Origin: Squalus acanthias
Taxonomy: Eukaryota
DNA length: 64,000 nucleotides
Direction of reading: 5' to 3'
NCBI GenBank assembly: GCA_030390025.1
Contig: CM059431.1
Coordinates: 114,950,001 to 115,014,000, forward strand
Positions 50,467 through 62,053 of this stretch are shown here, piece after piece. The stretch's first letter is position 1, and each line of letters begins with the position of its first letter. The translations under genes were made by a program, and so were the position numbers. The notes beneath the pieces were generated by a model. It was not told the DNA's origin. It worked only from the letters and a program-made list of their open reading frames with translations, and ran no database searches.

Positions 50467-51115
50467 TTTAACGTATGTAACATCTGTTCATGTTTTCTAC
50501 CATATTGAGTTCTATGTCATACTACCTTTAAACTGCCAGGGACACCAATGAATAAGCATAACACTTGTATGTTAAGGATCATAAATGTATGCCTCTCTAT
50601 CATTGGACTGACAGAAATTAGATGCAGCATAACCACTAAGTCCCTAGGAAGTAAAAGTGCAACCTCTACCTACACTGTATTGCTATGGTGTATTATTTAC
50701 TAGACTGCCAGGATTAGATACATACACACCATTGCTTTTTCAGGGAATACAAATGCATTCTACCTCTTTCCCTCCCCTCACCCCAAATAATAGTACCCTT
50801 CAGTGATGGCGCATATGAACGATAGTTCACACCCTCCCCATAAGGCTGTCAGGCATCAGATGTGCAATTACCACTTAAGAGTACGGTTGTGTCCAATCTT
50901 GGACCAGCTCCTGCTCCCTTTTTCAGCAATTTTCTCCCCTTCTCGTCCCCTGAAAACATCGATCGTGGTAACGTTCAGTTTCTTGGGCTTTAGGTAACTG
51001 CTGATACCTGAAAAACATAACACTGCGGATGCTGAAAATCTGAAATAAAAACCAGAAAATGCTGGAAATACTCAGCAAGCCAGGCAACATCTGTGGAGAG
51101 AGAAACAGAGTTAAC

Positions 51116-51959
51116 GGGCTTGATTTTCTCAGCCCGAGGAGGCGGGCATTGGGGCGGGACTACCGGTAAAGTTGCAGAAAGTGGGGGCGGATGGCAAACC
51201 CGCCCCCATCCCGCCGCCGTACCCTTTTGCCAGGAGGCGGGAAGATGTCCTGTTTTGGGTCCCATCTCCTCGAGGTGATAAAAGGGAGTAAATCCTTTTA
51301 ACTGCCTGTTAACAGGTAGTTAACAGGCAGAAAAAAGGATTAGTGCCATTTTACCTTCTCAGGTGAAAGCTTCCCGACCTCGGAGAACCCCGCCAGGTTG
51401 GAGGAGTCGAGTAGGAGGTCTGTGGGGGTCGGAGGGGCCTGAAAGGGAGATGTAGAGGTGAGTGATGGGTGCAAGTGTGGAGTGGTAAGTTAGTGAGGTG
51501 AGTGTAAAGTGTTAGAAAATGTTCACTTACCTTTGTTTCTCCCTACAGCCTTCAGCCGTGGTGGTTCCGGAGTCCCGACATCTTCGTTGTAGATTTCACA
51601 GACTGGCTGTTGGATCCTCCGAACCAACAGTCATCTGCTTTCTACAAAGTTGAAAGGTTTGATGAGTCCTGAACACAAGCACTCATCAAACTACACAGAA
51701 TGTCAGTGTTTGACAGCTTCACAGAGCTGTCAAACGCTGACATTTTTTCTTTCAAGAAGTCTTGACAGATGGCACGTCAGATGTTGATGTGCTCTGTCAG
51801 TGACTTTCCCCTAATTGGCCTGCTGAGCCCGCAGGGTGGGTTTAACAAGGTCAATCAGGGAAAATCCCTCTGGTTGGCCAGAACATGATGGAGGCAGGAC
51901 TGAGACCCAACAAGCAACAGTCCTGCCTCTAGCACGTCTCCATTCACAAAATCCAGCCC
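51116..51959 (-). mobile_element. Harbinger-type MITE, palindrome-rich family, diverged inverted copy
   Basis: GGGCTTGATTTT / AAAATCCAGCCC ends and 3-bp TSD AAC; internal homology to 19569-20382. Confidence 0.85.
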
Positions 51960-51991
51960 AACGTTTCAGGTCTGTGACCTTTCATCAGAAC
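51960..51991 (-). ncRNA. Minimal hammerhead ribozyme core in a PLE pseudo-LTR, disrupted at the cleavage site
   Basis: Minus strand GUU-CUGAUGA-A-AGGUC-ACA-GACCU-GAA-ACGU-U; the 3' strand of stem I (AAC) now lies beyond the MITE. Confidence 0.7.
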
Positions 51992-53280
51992 TGGAAAAAA
52001 TTTAGAGATGTAACGGGTTTTAAGCAAGTACAGAGGCAGGGAAAGGACAGAGGGGAGGAAAGAACAAAAGGGAAGGTCTGTGATAGGGTGGAAGGCAGGA
52101 GAGATTAAATGACAAAAGGGATGATGGTGCAAGGCAAAAGGGGATGGTAATGGGACAAGTAAAGAAACAAAAGATAAGTCTAGAAGAGGTGTAAATGGGA
52201 ATAATAGAATCATTACCAACAGCTGCTGTCTGAAAAAATGGGGGCAGTGGTTATGATTTGAAATTGCTGAACTTAATGTTGAGTCCAGAAGGCTGTAAAG
52301 TGCCTAATTGAAAGATGAGGTGCTGTTCCTCAAGCTTACGTTGAGCTTCATTGGAATAGTGCAGGAGGCCGAGGACAGAGAAGTGAGATTGGGAGTGGGG
52401 TGGAGAATTAAAATGACAGGCGCTTGCGGACTGAACAGAGGTGTTCCGCAAAGCGGTCACTCAGTCTGCGTTTGGTCTCCCCAATGTAGAGGAGACCGCA
52501 TCATGAGCAGCGAATACAGTATACTAAATTAAAAGTACAAGTAAATCGCTGTTTCACCTAGAAGGAGTGTTTGGGGCTTTGGACGATGGGAAGGGAGGAG
52601 GTGAAAGGGCAGGTGTTGCATCTCTTGTGTTTGCATGGGAAGGTGCCTTGGGAAGTGGAGGGGATGTTGGAGGATATTGAAGAGTGGACCAGGGTGTTGC
52701 AGAGGGAACGGTCACTTCGGAATCCAGAAAGAACATAAGAACATAATAAATAGGAGCAGGAGTAGGCCATACGGCCCCTCGAGCCTGCTCTGCCATTCAA
52801 TAAGATCATGGCTGATTATCGACCTCAACTCCACTTTCCCACCTGATCTTCATATTCCCCTAGAGTCCAAAAATCTATCTATCTCAGCCTTGAGTATACT
52901 CAAAGACTCAGCATCCACAGCCCTCTGGGGCAGAGAATTCCAAAGATTCACAACCCTCTGAGTGATGAAATTCCTCCTCATCTCATTCTTAAATGGCCTA
53001 CCCCTTATCCTGAGACTATGCCCCCTAGTTCTAGACACTCCAGCCAGGGGAAACAACCTCTCAGCATCTACCCTGTCAATCCCTTTCAGGATCTTGTATG
53101 TTTCAATGACATCACCTCTCATTCTTCTAAACTCCAGAGAGTTTAGGCACATTCTACACAATCTCTCATCATAGGACAGACCTCTTGTAAAATTCGCAAT
53201 TATCGCGATTCGAAATAACGAGATAAAGCAGATTTGTTTCATCAGTTTTATTTCAACGAAATGCTGTCATGATTAAACAG

Positions 53281-53507
53281 AGGTCATGATGTGGAGATGC
53301 CGGCGTTGGACTGGGGTGGACAAAAATGAGAAGTCGCACAACACCAGGTTATAGTCCAACAGATTTATTTAATTTTACAAGCTTTTGGAGCTGTCGCTCA
53401 TTCCTCAGGTAAGTTAGCAGTAACTTACCTGAGGAAGGAGCGACAGCTCCGAAAGCTTGTAAAATTAAATAAATCTGTTGGACTATAACCTGGTGTTGTG
53501 CGACTTC
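53281..53507 (-). mobile_element. Fold-back PLE-derived element with hammerhead motifs, copy 2 (inside LTR copy 2)
   Basis: 91-bp arms (53326-53416 / 53421-53511) around loop GCAG, with the tail on the left; 14-bp TSD TCATGATTAAACAG (53267-53280 / 53508-53521). Confidence 0.88.
53425..53462 (+). ncRNA. Minimal type I hammerhead ribozyme with intact core
   Basis: UUAC-CUGAGGA-A-GGAGC-GACA-GCUCC-GAA-AGCU-U-GUAA: stem I UUAC/GUAA, stem II GGAGC/GCUCC, palindromic stem III AGCU, CUU cleavage triplet. Confidence 0.75.
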
Positions 53508-56340
53508 TCATGATTAAACAGGACACAGAAGCCTGTAAAATGGCTGCTGCGCCTCGTGGCAGAAGCTTCCAGAATTTTCAGTGGGCAGACAAAATGGCGT
53601 TCGAATAAACATTTCAGAGTAAGATTGGATAATACTCTGCAAACACTGGTAAAGACAGGATGCAACCTGTCTGCATTCGACACAATAGCAAAGATATAAG
53701 TGCTGGAATCGTTTTCCATGTACAAGGCAATCAGAGGCCCATCCAAAAGACATCAATACGCAAATTCCCCGCAGCTCTACAATGAGAGAGCCATTCGCGG
53801 GTGCTTACACAAATATTTCGAGGAGGCCCCAAAACCAGTCAGGGAGACTCCTAGCCGGTTCGACAATGGGGAAAACATTAATGGGTATTTGGCCAGTTAC
53901 AAGTGTCACCGAAACCCATTACAAACAAGAATCACCCCATACTGAGAAGTTTGAGCGCCAAGATTTTACAAAAGATGAACATTAAGATTGAGCGGGAGAT
54001 AAGGGAACACAGCACTTTAACTATAGTGAACAAACGTCCATCGCTCTCTTATCTCTGCTGACTATTGACTCGGGCTGAACTCTTGTGCTCTTGCTGCCCA
54101 GCGAACTCTGGTTCTGCTGATTTTTCGGGAGTCAACCTCGTGGCTCGCCGAGAAGATCTGTGAAGAGCTGGACTGCGAAGGCCGGTAAGCGGGTGCACCA
54201 TCCCGAGGGTCGGTAAACGGTGTAGGGACTCGAAGGCCCGACGAAACAAGACAAGACAAGAAGAAGAAGACGACGCCACGTGCCGCCGCGGTCAGTAAAC
54301 CCCGACCGCGCCCGAAATATAAGAACATTGTTGAACTCTATAGGTTTTGATCAGGAATCCGAGGTCAACACAGATCTTCATAACAGCAGACAATTTAGCC
54401 TGCTAGCCGGAGCAGAGCAAATAAACAAGTGGGGTACAGAGACCCCTGGTCAACACGTGAACGGTCAGGTGTTGCAGCGAAAACAGCCGAGCGCCGTTTT
54501 AGAATTCTCCGAGGTATTACGAGTGGTGAGCATGTTTCTCGATCCTACAGATCTAGATTAGAGCAGGCATTGAGAGGGGAGGGGGGTTTTATTAAGGATA
54601 ATTATAATGTGTGTCCCCTTTTACGATGTGTCATGCGCTCCTCGTTTCCCTAAACCTAGTTTTATAAATGTATGTATACTTGTACTGTCATTAATTTGTG
54701 CCTATGACATGTACTTCATGATTTTAGACGTTATGCAATAAAGATTTCCATTTCGTACTATTCAACCGGGTCTATTTGAGTTTTCTCTGCATTACTACTC
54801 TCGCACCTAAGTCCAGTGTTAGAACCGTAAGGGCGAGTGGGTCGAACCACTCACAGGTGCTTATTGCAACAAGGCTGGCCGGAGACCAGAGCAAGCAATA
54901 GTATTAGGCAACGAAGGCCTAACCCCGCACAAGCACCTACGAACCGAACCCCTTACACTCTCATCCTAGGAATCAATCTAATGAACCTTCGTTGCACCGC
55001 CTCCAAGGCAAGTATATCCTTCCTTAGTTAAGGAGACCAAAACTGTGCACAGTACTCCAGGTGTAGCAAGACTTCCTTACTCTTATACTCCAACCCCCTT
55101 CAATAAAGGCCAACCTGCCATTTGCCTTCCTTATTGCTTGCTGTACCTGCATGCTAGCTTCCTGTGTTTCTTGCACGAGGACATCCAAATCTCCAAAGTG
55201 GAGGGGAGGGGAAGATGTGTTTGGTGGAGGCATCACGCTGTAGGTGGCAGAAATGATGAAGGATAATCCATTGAATGTGGAGGCTTGCGGGGTGGAATTA
55301 GAGGACAAGGGGAACCCTATCGTGGTTCTGGGAGGACGGGAAGAGGTGAGAGCAGAAGTGCGGAAATGGGATGGACACGGTCGAGGGCCATGTCAATCAC
55401 GGAGGGAAATCCTCAGTTGAGGAAAAGGGAAGACATGTTGGAAGCACTGGTATGTAAGGTGGCATCGTCAGAACAGATGCGACGGAGATTGAGAAACTGG
55501 GAGAATGGAATAGAATCCTTACAGGAAGCGGGGTGGGAGGAAGTGTAGTCAAGGTAGCTGTGGGAATAAGTGGGCTTATAGTGGATGTTGGTCGATAGCC
55601 TATCCTCAGAAATGGAGATGGAGAAGTCGAGGAAGGGAAGGGAGGAGTCATAGATGAACCATGTGAAGGTGAAGGAAGGGTGGAAATTGGCAGCAAAGTT
55701 GATGACATTTTCCAGTTTGGGGCGAGAGCAGGAAATGGCACCAATACAGTCATCAATGTAATGGAAACAGAGGTGAGGGAGGGGACCTTAGTAGGACTGG
55801 AACAAAGAATGTTCCGCATATCCCACGAAAAGGCAGGCATAGCTCGGACCCATGCGGGTTCCCACCTTTTATTTGGAGGAAGTGAGCAGAGTCAAAGGAG
55901 AAGTTGTTCAATGTGAGAACAAGTTTAGCCAGACGGAGGAGGGTGATGGTGGATGGGGACTGGTTGGGCCTCTGTTCAAGGAAGAAGTGGAGCGCCCTCA
56001 GGCTGTCCTGGTGGGGGATAGAGGTGTAGAGGGATTGGACATCCATGGTGAAAAGGAGACGGTTGGGGCCAGGAAACTGGAAACTGTTGAAGTGGCGGAA
56101 GGCGTCGGAAGAGTTGCAGATGTAGGTGGGAAGAGACTGGACAAGGGGAGAATAAATAGAGTCGAGATAGGAAGAAATCAGTTCCGTGGGGCAAGAACAG
56201 GATGAAACGATGGGTCTACCAGGGCAGTCCTGTTTGTGGATCTTGGGAAGGAGGTAGAAGCGGGCTGTGCGGGATTGGAGAGATTATAAGGTTGGAGGCT
56301 GCCTGACCTGCTGAGTATTTCCAGCATTTTCTGTTTTTAT

Positions 56341-56620
56341 TGCTGGTACCTCACGTAAGTGGCCGTCCTCCTTGTATGAGGGTAGACTACAGACAGGCTA
56401 TTTAACTGTGGGTGTACCGTAGCTCAGCCCGATCCAGTCCTCCCATCTGCGCTTTCCGGCAAAACTCCAGAGTAAAAACCACGGATAATATTTTCCCCCT
56501 CCCTAGCCCATGGCTGCTGAGGGCATTTGGAGCACCCCAGCTACAATGCTAGCTGAGATAGGTGACTTAGAACAGGCTGTGAATTTAAACTGGCACCCTC
56601 TGGTCTATATGACTCAGTTA
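56341..56620 (-). mobile_element. Old tRNA-derived SINE (5' part); its 3' part appears to lie at ~50850-51009
   Basis: Degenerate SINE-like sequence that continues across the PLE TSD; family assignment from recall only. Confidence 0.4.
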
Positions 56621-56823
56621 CATCCTGTATGTAAAATAGGTGTGTATATGTATACCTTTAATTCTACTTACAGTTGCCAATTATTGTATGGTCTGACAGT
56701 TAAAGGCAGCACTATGAAAAGTATATTTCCCATCATTAGGAGGAAATTTTGTCCACTTTAGCACGGATGCTACTCTGGTGGGACAGCAAAAAAAGAGCCA
56801 TTATGCATGCACAGAGAGATATT

Positions 56824-57011
56824 GGAGATAATTTTGACTTTGTGTGATGGTGTAAAAAGGGTGATAGCAAATCAGCAGCCGGTTTTACATCCCTCCCGAC
56901 AATTATTTTCATTGAAGTCAATCGGAATAAAAATCGGGAGAGAGATGTAAAACGGGCTGTCGATTTGCTATCGCCCGTTTTATACTAACGCACAAAGTCA
57001 AAATTAACCCC
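56824..57011. mobile_element. Short fold-back MITE (Harbinger-type ends)
   Basis: GGAGATAATTTTGACTTTG / CAAAGTCAAAATTAACCCC, largely palindromic, ATT TSD; relative at 61194-61338. Confidence 0.8.
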
Positions 57012-58049
57012 ATTGTGTTCTTGGTGCAATTTGTTTAAAGAGACAGTTTCATTCCAAATTCAACTATTTGCACATTCATTCAAAGTACTCTCATTTGATT
57101 GTTTCAAGTTCTCCGATCATTTCAGTGCTCACCTCTATCCCACTTCCTAGATGTGATTGCCACTGTCCAGCATTGGCTGACGTGACTTTTCTCTGTGGCA
57201 TCTTAGAACAGCAATTTCTTCTGCAAAATATGTAATATTAATACACAACTTTTATTTAATAAATTTGTTTTTCTTTCTACGGGGTATCAGTAAATTGGTT
57301 ATTTCTCTGAATTTCAAAGAGCCAGCGTTATGTGGTATATTTTAGCCTGTGACATTCTCGCTGAAACTGTGTGCCCACTGTGGTGCTTTGACCTTGCTAA
57401 TCTCTCCTGTCTGGACAACCAATTTGTGCCAGTTTTGTAAGACATTTTGCAGGTCAACCAAGGTAATACAGGCTATTGAAAATGTTACAGCTATTGTCAG
57501 TAGTGAGACCGTTCTCTTTTTCCTTGCTGAATAAGCAACTCTACTTTTTCCGTTCTTGTGTGTGCCGGTTACAAAAGCAAATACCAAGCTGCACATTCTT
57601 GTTGCTGACAGGCCCATGAAGCCTTTGCTTTTCTGTTTATGAGCGTACACAGACAATTCAGAACTTATTGGAGCCAGTGACATTTGCAGATTGCAAAACA
57701 GAGTCTTTTTTAAAAGTAACTTCCTTAAATCAGATTGCTACCTGTCCAGTTTTGCAACCAATCACAAATGCTTTGCTTACCATTAACCAGATGACTTTTG
57801 TCAGGGAAGAAATAATAAGGCATTCCATGCCAGCAGACTTTCAGGTATTAGGTAATTATCGACTTGCTAGCGGCAGTTGACTGCTGAATGTTACTTCCAG
57901 TCTAGCTTGGGAGTGGTTCTGTCAGTAAGAGCACATACCAGGAACATATATTAGCCTCAAACTGCATTTACTTTATCTCCATTTACACTGATCCAGATTG
58001 AACCCTAGTCAGGATTTAAGCACCAAAGTATTGAATGACCATGAATTAT

Positions 58050-58905
58050 AACATAAGAACATAAGAAATAGGAGCAGGAGTAGGCCATACGGCCCCTCGA
58101 GCCTGCTCCACCATTCAATAAGATCATGGCTGATCATCCACCTCAACTCAACTTTCCCACCTGATCCCCATATCGCTTGATTCCCGTAGAGTCCAAAAAT
58201 CTATCGATCTCAGCCTTGAATATACTCAATGACTCAGCATTCACAGCCCTTTGGGGTAGAGAATTCCAAAAATTCACAACCCTCTAAGTGAAGAAATTCC
58301 TCCTCATCTCAGTCTTAAATGGCCGACCCTTTATCCTGAGATTATGCCCCCTAGTTCTAGACTCTCCAGCCAGGAGAAACAACCTCTCAGCATCTACCCT
58401 GTCAATCCCCCTCAGTATCTTATATGTTTCAATGAGATCACCTCTCATTCTTCTAAACTCCAGAGAGTATAGGCCCATTCTACACAATCTCTCCTCATAG
58501 GACAACCCTCTCATACGAACATACGAATTAGGAGCAGGAGTAGGCCACTCGGCCCCTCGAGCCTGCTCCGCCATTCAATAAGATCATGGCTGATCTGATT
58601 ACTCCACATTTCCGCCTACTCCCGATAACCTTTCACCCCCTTGCTTATCAAGAATCTATCTACCTCTGCCTTAAAAATATTCAAAGACTCTGCTTCCACC
58701 GCCCTCTGAGGAAGAGAGTTCCAAAGACTCACGACCCTCTGTGGGGAAAAAAAATTCTCCTCATCCCAGGAATCAATCTAGTGAACCTTTGTTGCACTGC
58801 CTCTAAGACAAGTATGTCCTTCCTCAGGTGAGGAGACCAAAACTGTACACAGTACTCCAGGTGTGGACTCCAAAGCCCTGTACAATTGTAGTAAGACTTC
58901 CTTAA
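58050..58905 (-). mobile_element. CR1 3' fragment with a second CR1 tail (~58512-58764) nested inside
   Basis: Two tails, (ACATAAGA)n and (CATACGAA)n; the first element resumes at ~58765. Confidence 0.88.
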
Positions 58906-59439
58906 TTATTGTTATATATGCAAGGTTGTGGAATCATTCAGTGTTACACTGATAGTTATTTAGCTAAAATAAAAGTACTTGCATCTATTTGACCCACATT
59001 CATTTTGGAGTTTATGTCCCTCCAATTCCCCCTGTGCCAGCAATATTTTTAAGTAGACTTATGTAAAACTAGGAATATAGATATGGATAAACAGGATGGT
59101 TCTATAGCAGAATGAAAGGGAAAGATATTCATTGATTATTATTATGCATTATTACTTTTTCTTCACGGAAAAGATTACGTTTAAGTGTTGTGTTTTTAAA
59201 AAAATGTGATTTTGCTCAGGTATAAAAAGCCACAAGTTGTGACCACTGGGACAAAACATTTACTTATTAATGGGACATGCACTGAAGCTGGGTATTAAAG
59301 ATAGACAAGCCAGTTTGTGCAATGTCGTGGCTCATAGCTTACTTCCAACTGAGCCAATGGGAGTCAATGCACCTAGGCTCATTAAGCTAGAATGGTCCCT
59401 GTACATTTGAGAACAGCAGGAGTTAGTTCTTGAGACCCA

Positions 59440-60735
59440 TACCCCATGATGGCCAAGTTGTGAAGCATACAGCAGAGCACCACGAAATGGGACACCCACT
59501 CCGGCGTGTACTGGAGGGCTCCTCCCGAGCAGTCAAGGCAGCGGAACCGTTGCTTCAGCAGCCTGATGGTCTGCTCGATGATGTTCCTGGTGGAAGCATG
59601 GCTCTCATTATATGAGAGCTGGGCAGGAATAGTGGGGTTGCAGAGGGGAGTCATGAGCTAGGTGCAGAGCGGATAGCCCTTGTCTCCAAGCAGCCACCCT
59701 CGCATTTCATGTGGTGGCTGGAAGAGTGCTGGCACACCAGACTGATGCGTCCTACACCATGGGGAACCCCGCTATCCTGGCAAAGCCACATGCGTGCTCC
59801 TCCTGCTTCTCTCTGCTCAGAGAAGAAAACGTAGTCCCTTCTCCTGGTGTACAGAGCCTCAGTGACCTCCCGGATGCAGCGATGGATGGCGAAATGTGAG
59901 ATGTTAGCTATGTCTCCTGTGGCAGACTGGAAGGATCCACTGGCGAAGAAATTGAGGACCATGGTGACCTTGACTGCCACAGAGAGCCGTGGTCGCCCTG
60001 CTCTCAGGTTGCAGAGTTCTGTGACCACCTCCTTGGTGAAGCATAACCTCCTAATACACTGCTCCTCACTTAAGTGGATCTAAAAGAAATGCTCTTGGAA
60101 GACCCTAGGTAGGTAAAGCCTCCTGTTGAGAGCCCTCCTGGCCCTCCTCCTCCTCCCTCTGCACGCATCTTCTCCTCTTCTTCGCTGCCTCTGCTCCCTC
60201 TCCCGAAGGTAGTCGAGTGCAAGGGGGACTGCTAGTAGAGCCCCCAAGACTGTGAGCAAGTGGTGTGAGCAGAAGCCTTTAAATAAGAAGGAAGCTGTTC
60301 TCCACTTGCAATAACACTCCCTGTTACCTTATAACCTTGAAAGAAGTTAATAAAGCTTCTGGAGTTGAAGAAAGTTTCACAGAGCCAGTCAAATTGAACA
60401 AACATGTCAGCTGCAAGTAGTTGCTGATGATCCCTTTAAATACCATTGCTGGAGCCTCCTTCCTGCTTGTCAATGCTTGCTCAGCTTGTCGCACTTAAGG
60501 CATGTAAGTGGAGCGGCAAAGTCGAAACTCATAGATTCGGCGTCAAGTGAGCTTGCACACGCACTGACGTCACGATCTGTATAATATACATACCCCTAGC
60601 GAGCGCAGACATCGGCAGCGCTGCCGGCCATCTGAAAATTGCGGCCACCGGCATGGGGCGAAAGAGCGGCCGCCGCCATTTTTTCGGTCAAATTTGGCGG
60701 TAATGGGTGGGGCTAAATCCCCGAATTTCTCGGCC
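59440..60735 (-). mobile_element. Decayed Harbinger with frameshifted transposase
   Basis: [20 protein letters not shown] (59651-60028) and TRNIIEQTIRLLKQRFRCL..CCMLHN (59382-59654); end GAATTTCTCGGCC. Confidence 0.85.
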
Positions 60736-61193
60736 ATAGACACGCCACAATGTATGTGTGCGTGTGTGTGTATAGTCTAAAACTGTGTGCACAATAGTCA
60801 GTGTCATGTGAGCAATATCATACAGAGCTCATGGCAACCAGGCTGTTTAGTTAGTCCTGTTTGTTTTTCCTTCACAAAATCAGAAGACAGGTTTGGATGA
60901 AGAAGGCCCTTTGACTTATTTGATCTCATTCATCCAGAATGTGATACAATAATTTATGGAGCAGCATAATTCTGTCTGTTTCTGCCATAAAACTGGAGAT
61001 TGCTTATGATGGGTAAAAGAATGGGTTTTCTATATAAAGCAATAAGGTGGATTTGCAGAGTTGTTGCCTGTGGTGAAGTGCGTGTACACCATGAACGCCC
61101 ATTGGAAAATTCTAGGCCCAGTGCCCACAAAGTCAAGATATCTCACCATGGGCGAGGAGTTGTATATAATTTAGCCAAATGTTAAAACGCAAT

Positions 61194-61338
61194 GGGGATA
61201 ATTTTGACATTGGGTGATGATGTAAAATGGGCGATAATGATTCATGTCAATAGAAATAAAATTCAGGAGAGATGTATAACGGGCGGCCTAATCGACATTG
61301 CCTGTTTAACACTATCGCCCAAAGTCAAAATTTCCCCC
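61194..61338. mobile_element. Short fold-back MITE, internally deleted
   Basis: GGGGATAATTTTGAC / GTCAAAATTTCCCCC; homologous to 56824-57011. Confidence 0.75.
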
Positions 61339-61459
61339 AAAATGAGAAATATTGCATCCTTTGGGGTTGTTTTCAGCTTTGGAAGCACTTGGATGAGAAA
61401 CCGAATAATAAATATGGAATAAATTAATGAAGCTAAGAGAGAAAGCAGACACTTTTTTC

Positions 61460-61870
61460 TTTTTATTTGTTCATGGGATGTGGGCATCGCTGGCAAGGCC
61501 GGCATTTATTGCCCATCCCTAATTGCCCTTCAGAAGGTGGTGGTGAGCCACCTTCTTGAACCGCTGCAGCCTGAGAGGTGAAGGTGCTCCCACAGTGCTG
61601 TTAACTAGGGAGTTCTAGGATTTTGACACAGCAACGATGAAGGAACGGCGATATATTTCCAAGTCAGGATTATGTGTGACTTGGAGGGGAACGTGCAGGT
61701 GCTGCCCTTGTCCATCTTGGTGGTAGAGGTCGCGGGCTTGGGAGGTGCTGCCGAAGAAGCCTTGACGAGTTGCTGCTGTGCATTTTGTAGATAGTACACA
61801 TGGTGCGCCAGTGGTGGAGGGAGTGAATGTTTAAGGTGGTGGATGGGGTGCCAATTAAGTAGGCTGCTTG
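61460..61870 (-). mobile_element. Zenon-like LINE 3' fragment
   Basis: Homologous to 718-1150 and 50045-50466. Confidence 0.85.
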
Positions 61871-62053
61871 TTTCATTTTGAGTAGGAATATGTGTATTTC
61901 AAAATGCAAAGAATTACAGTTGAAATATGGAACTATCCCTGGTTAAATCAAACTTAAATGCTTTATAATAATTTGTTCCTTTTCTTATAAGGTCCCATTC
62001 CACCAAACTCCCCCCTCCTCCTCAAAAACCAGGAACAAAAGTTTGGTCTTTCT

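Larger units (their letters stand above)
53186..54957 (+). mobile_element. Solo LTR copy 2 (~1530 bp without the nested insert)
   Basis: TGTAA...TTACA termini and 4-bp TSD CTCT; colinear with 48289-49873. Confidence 0.88.
52730..55192 (-). mobile_element. CR1 3' fragment split by solo LTR copy 2
   Basis: Tail (AGAACATA)n at 52730; LSYDERL..LEFRRMRGD up to 53185, resuming at 54958. Confidence 0.9.
51010..56340 (-). mobile_element. Penelope-like element, decayed, hosting nested insertions
   Basis: Pseudo-LTR at the left and inverted pseudo-LTR piece at ~56300-56340; TSD TGCTGATACCT / TGCTGGTACCT; RT/EN pieces at 52251-52720 and 55195-56300 homologous to the 43777 element. Confidence 0.88.

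Noticed and set aside
48289..54957. Two same-orientation LTRs read as one provirus
   Set aside because: Each LTR has its own 4-bp TSD (GGAG, CTCT) inside a different host repeat, and the DNA between them has no gag/pol/env, PBS or PPT.
57342..57683. 113-aa minus-strand ORF
   Set aside because: No recognisable motif or convincing splice sites; length is compatible with chance.
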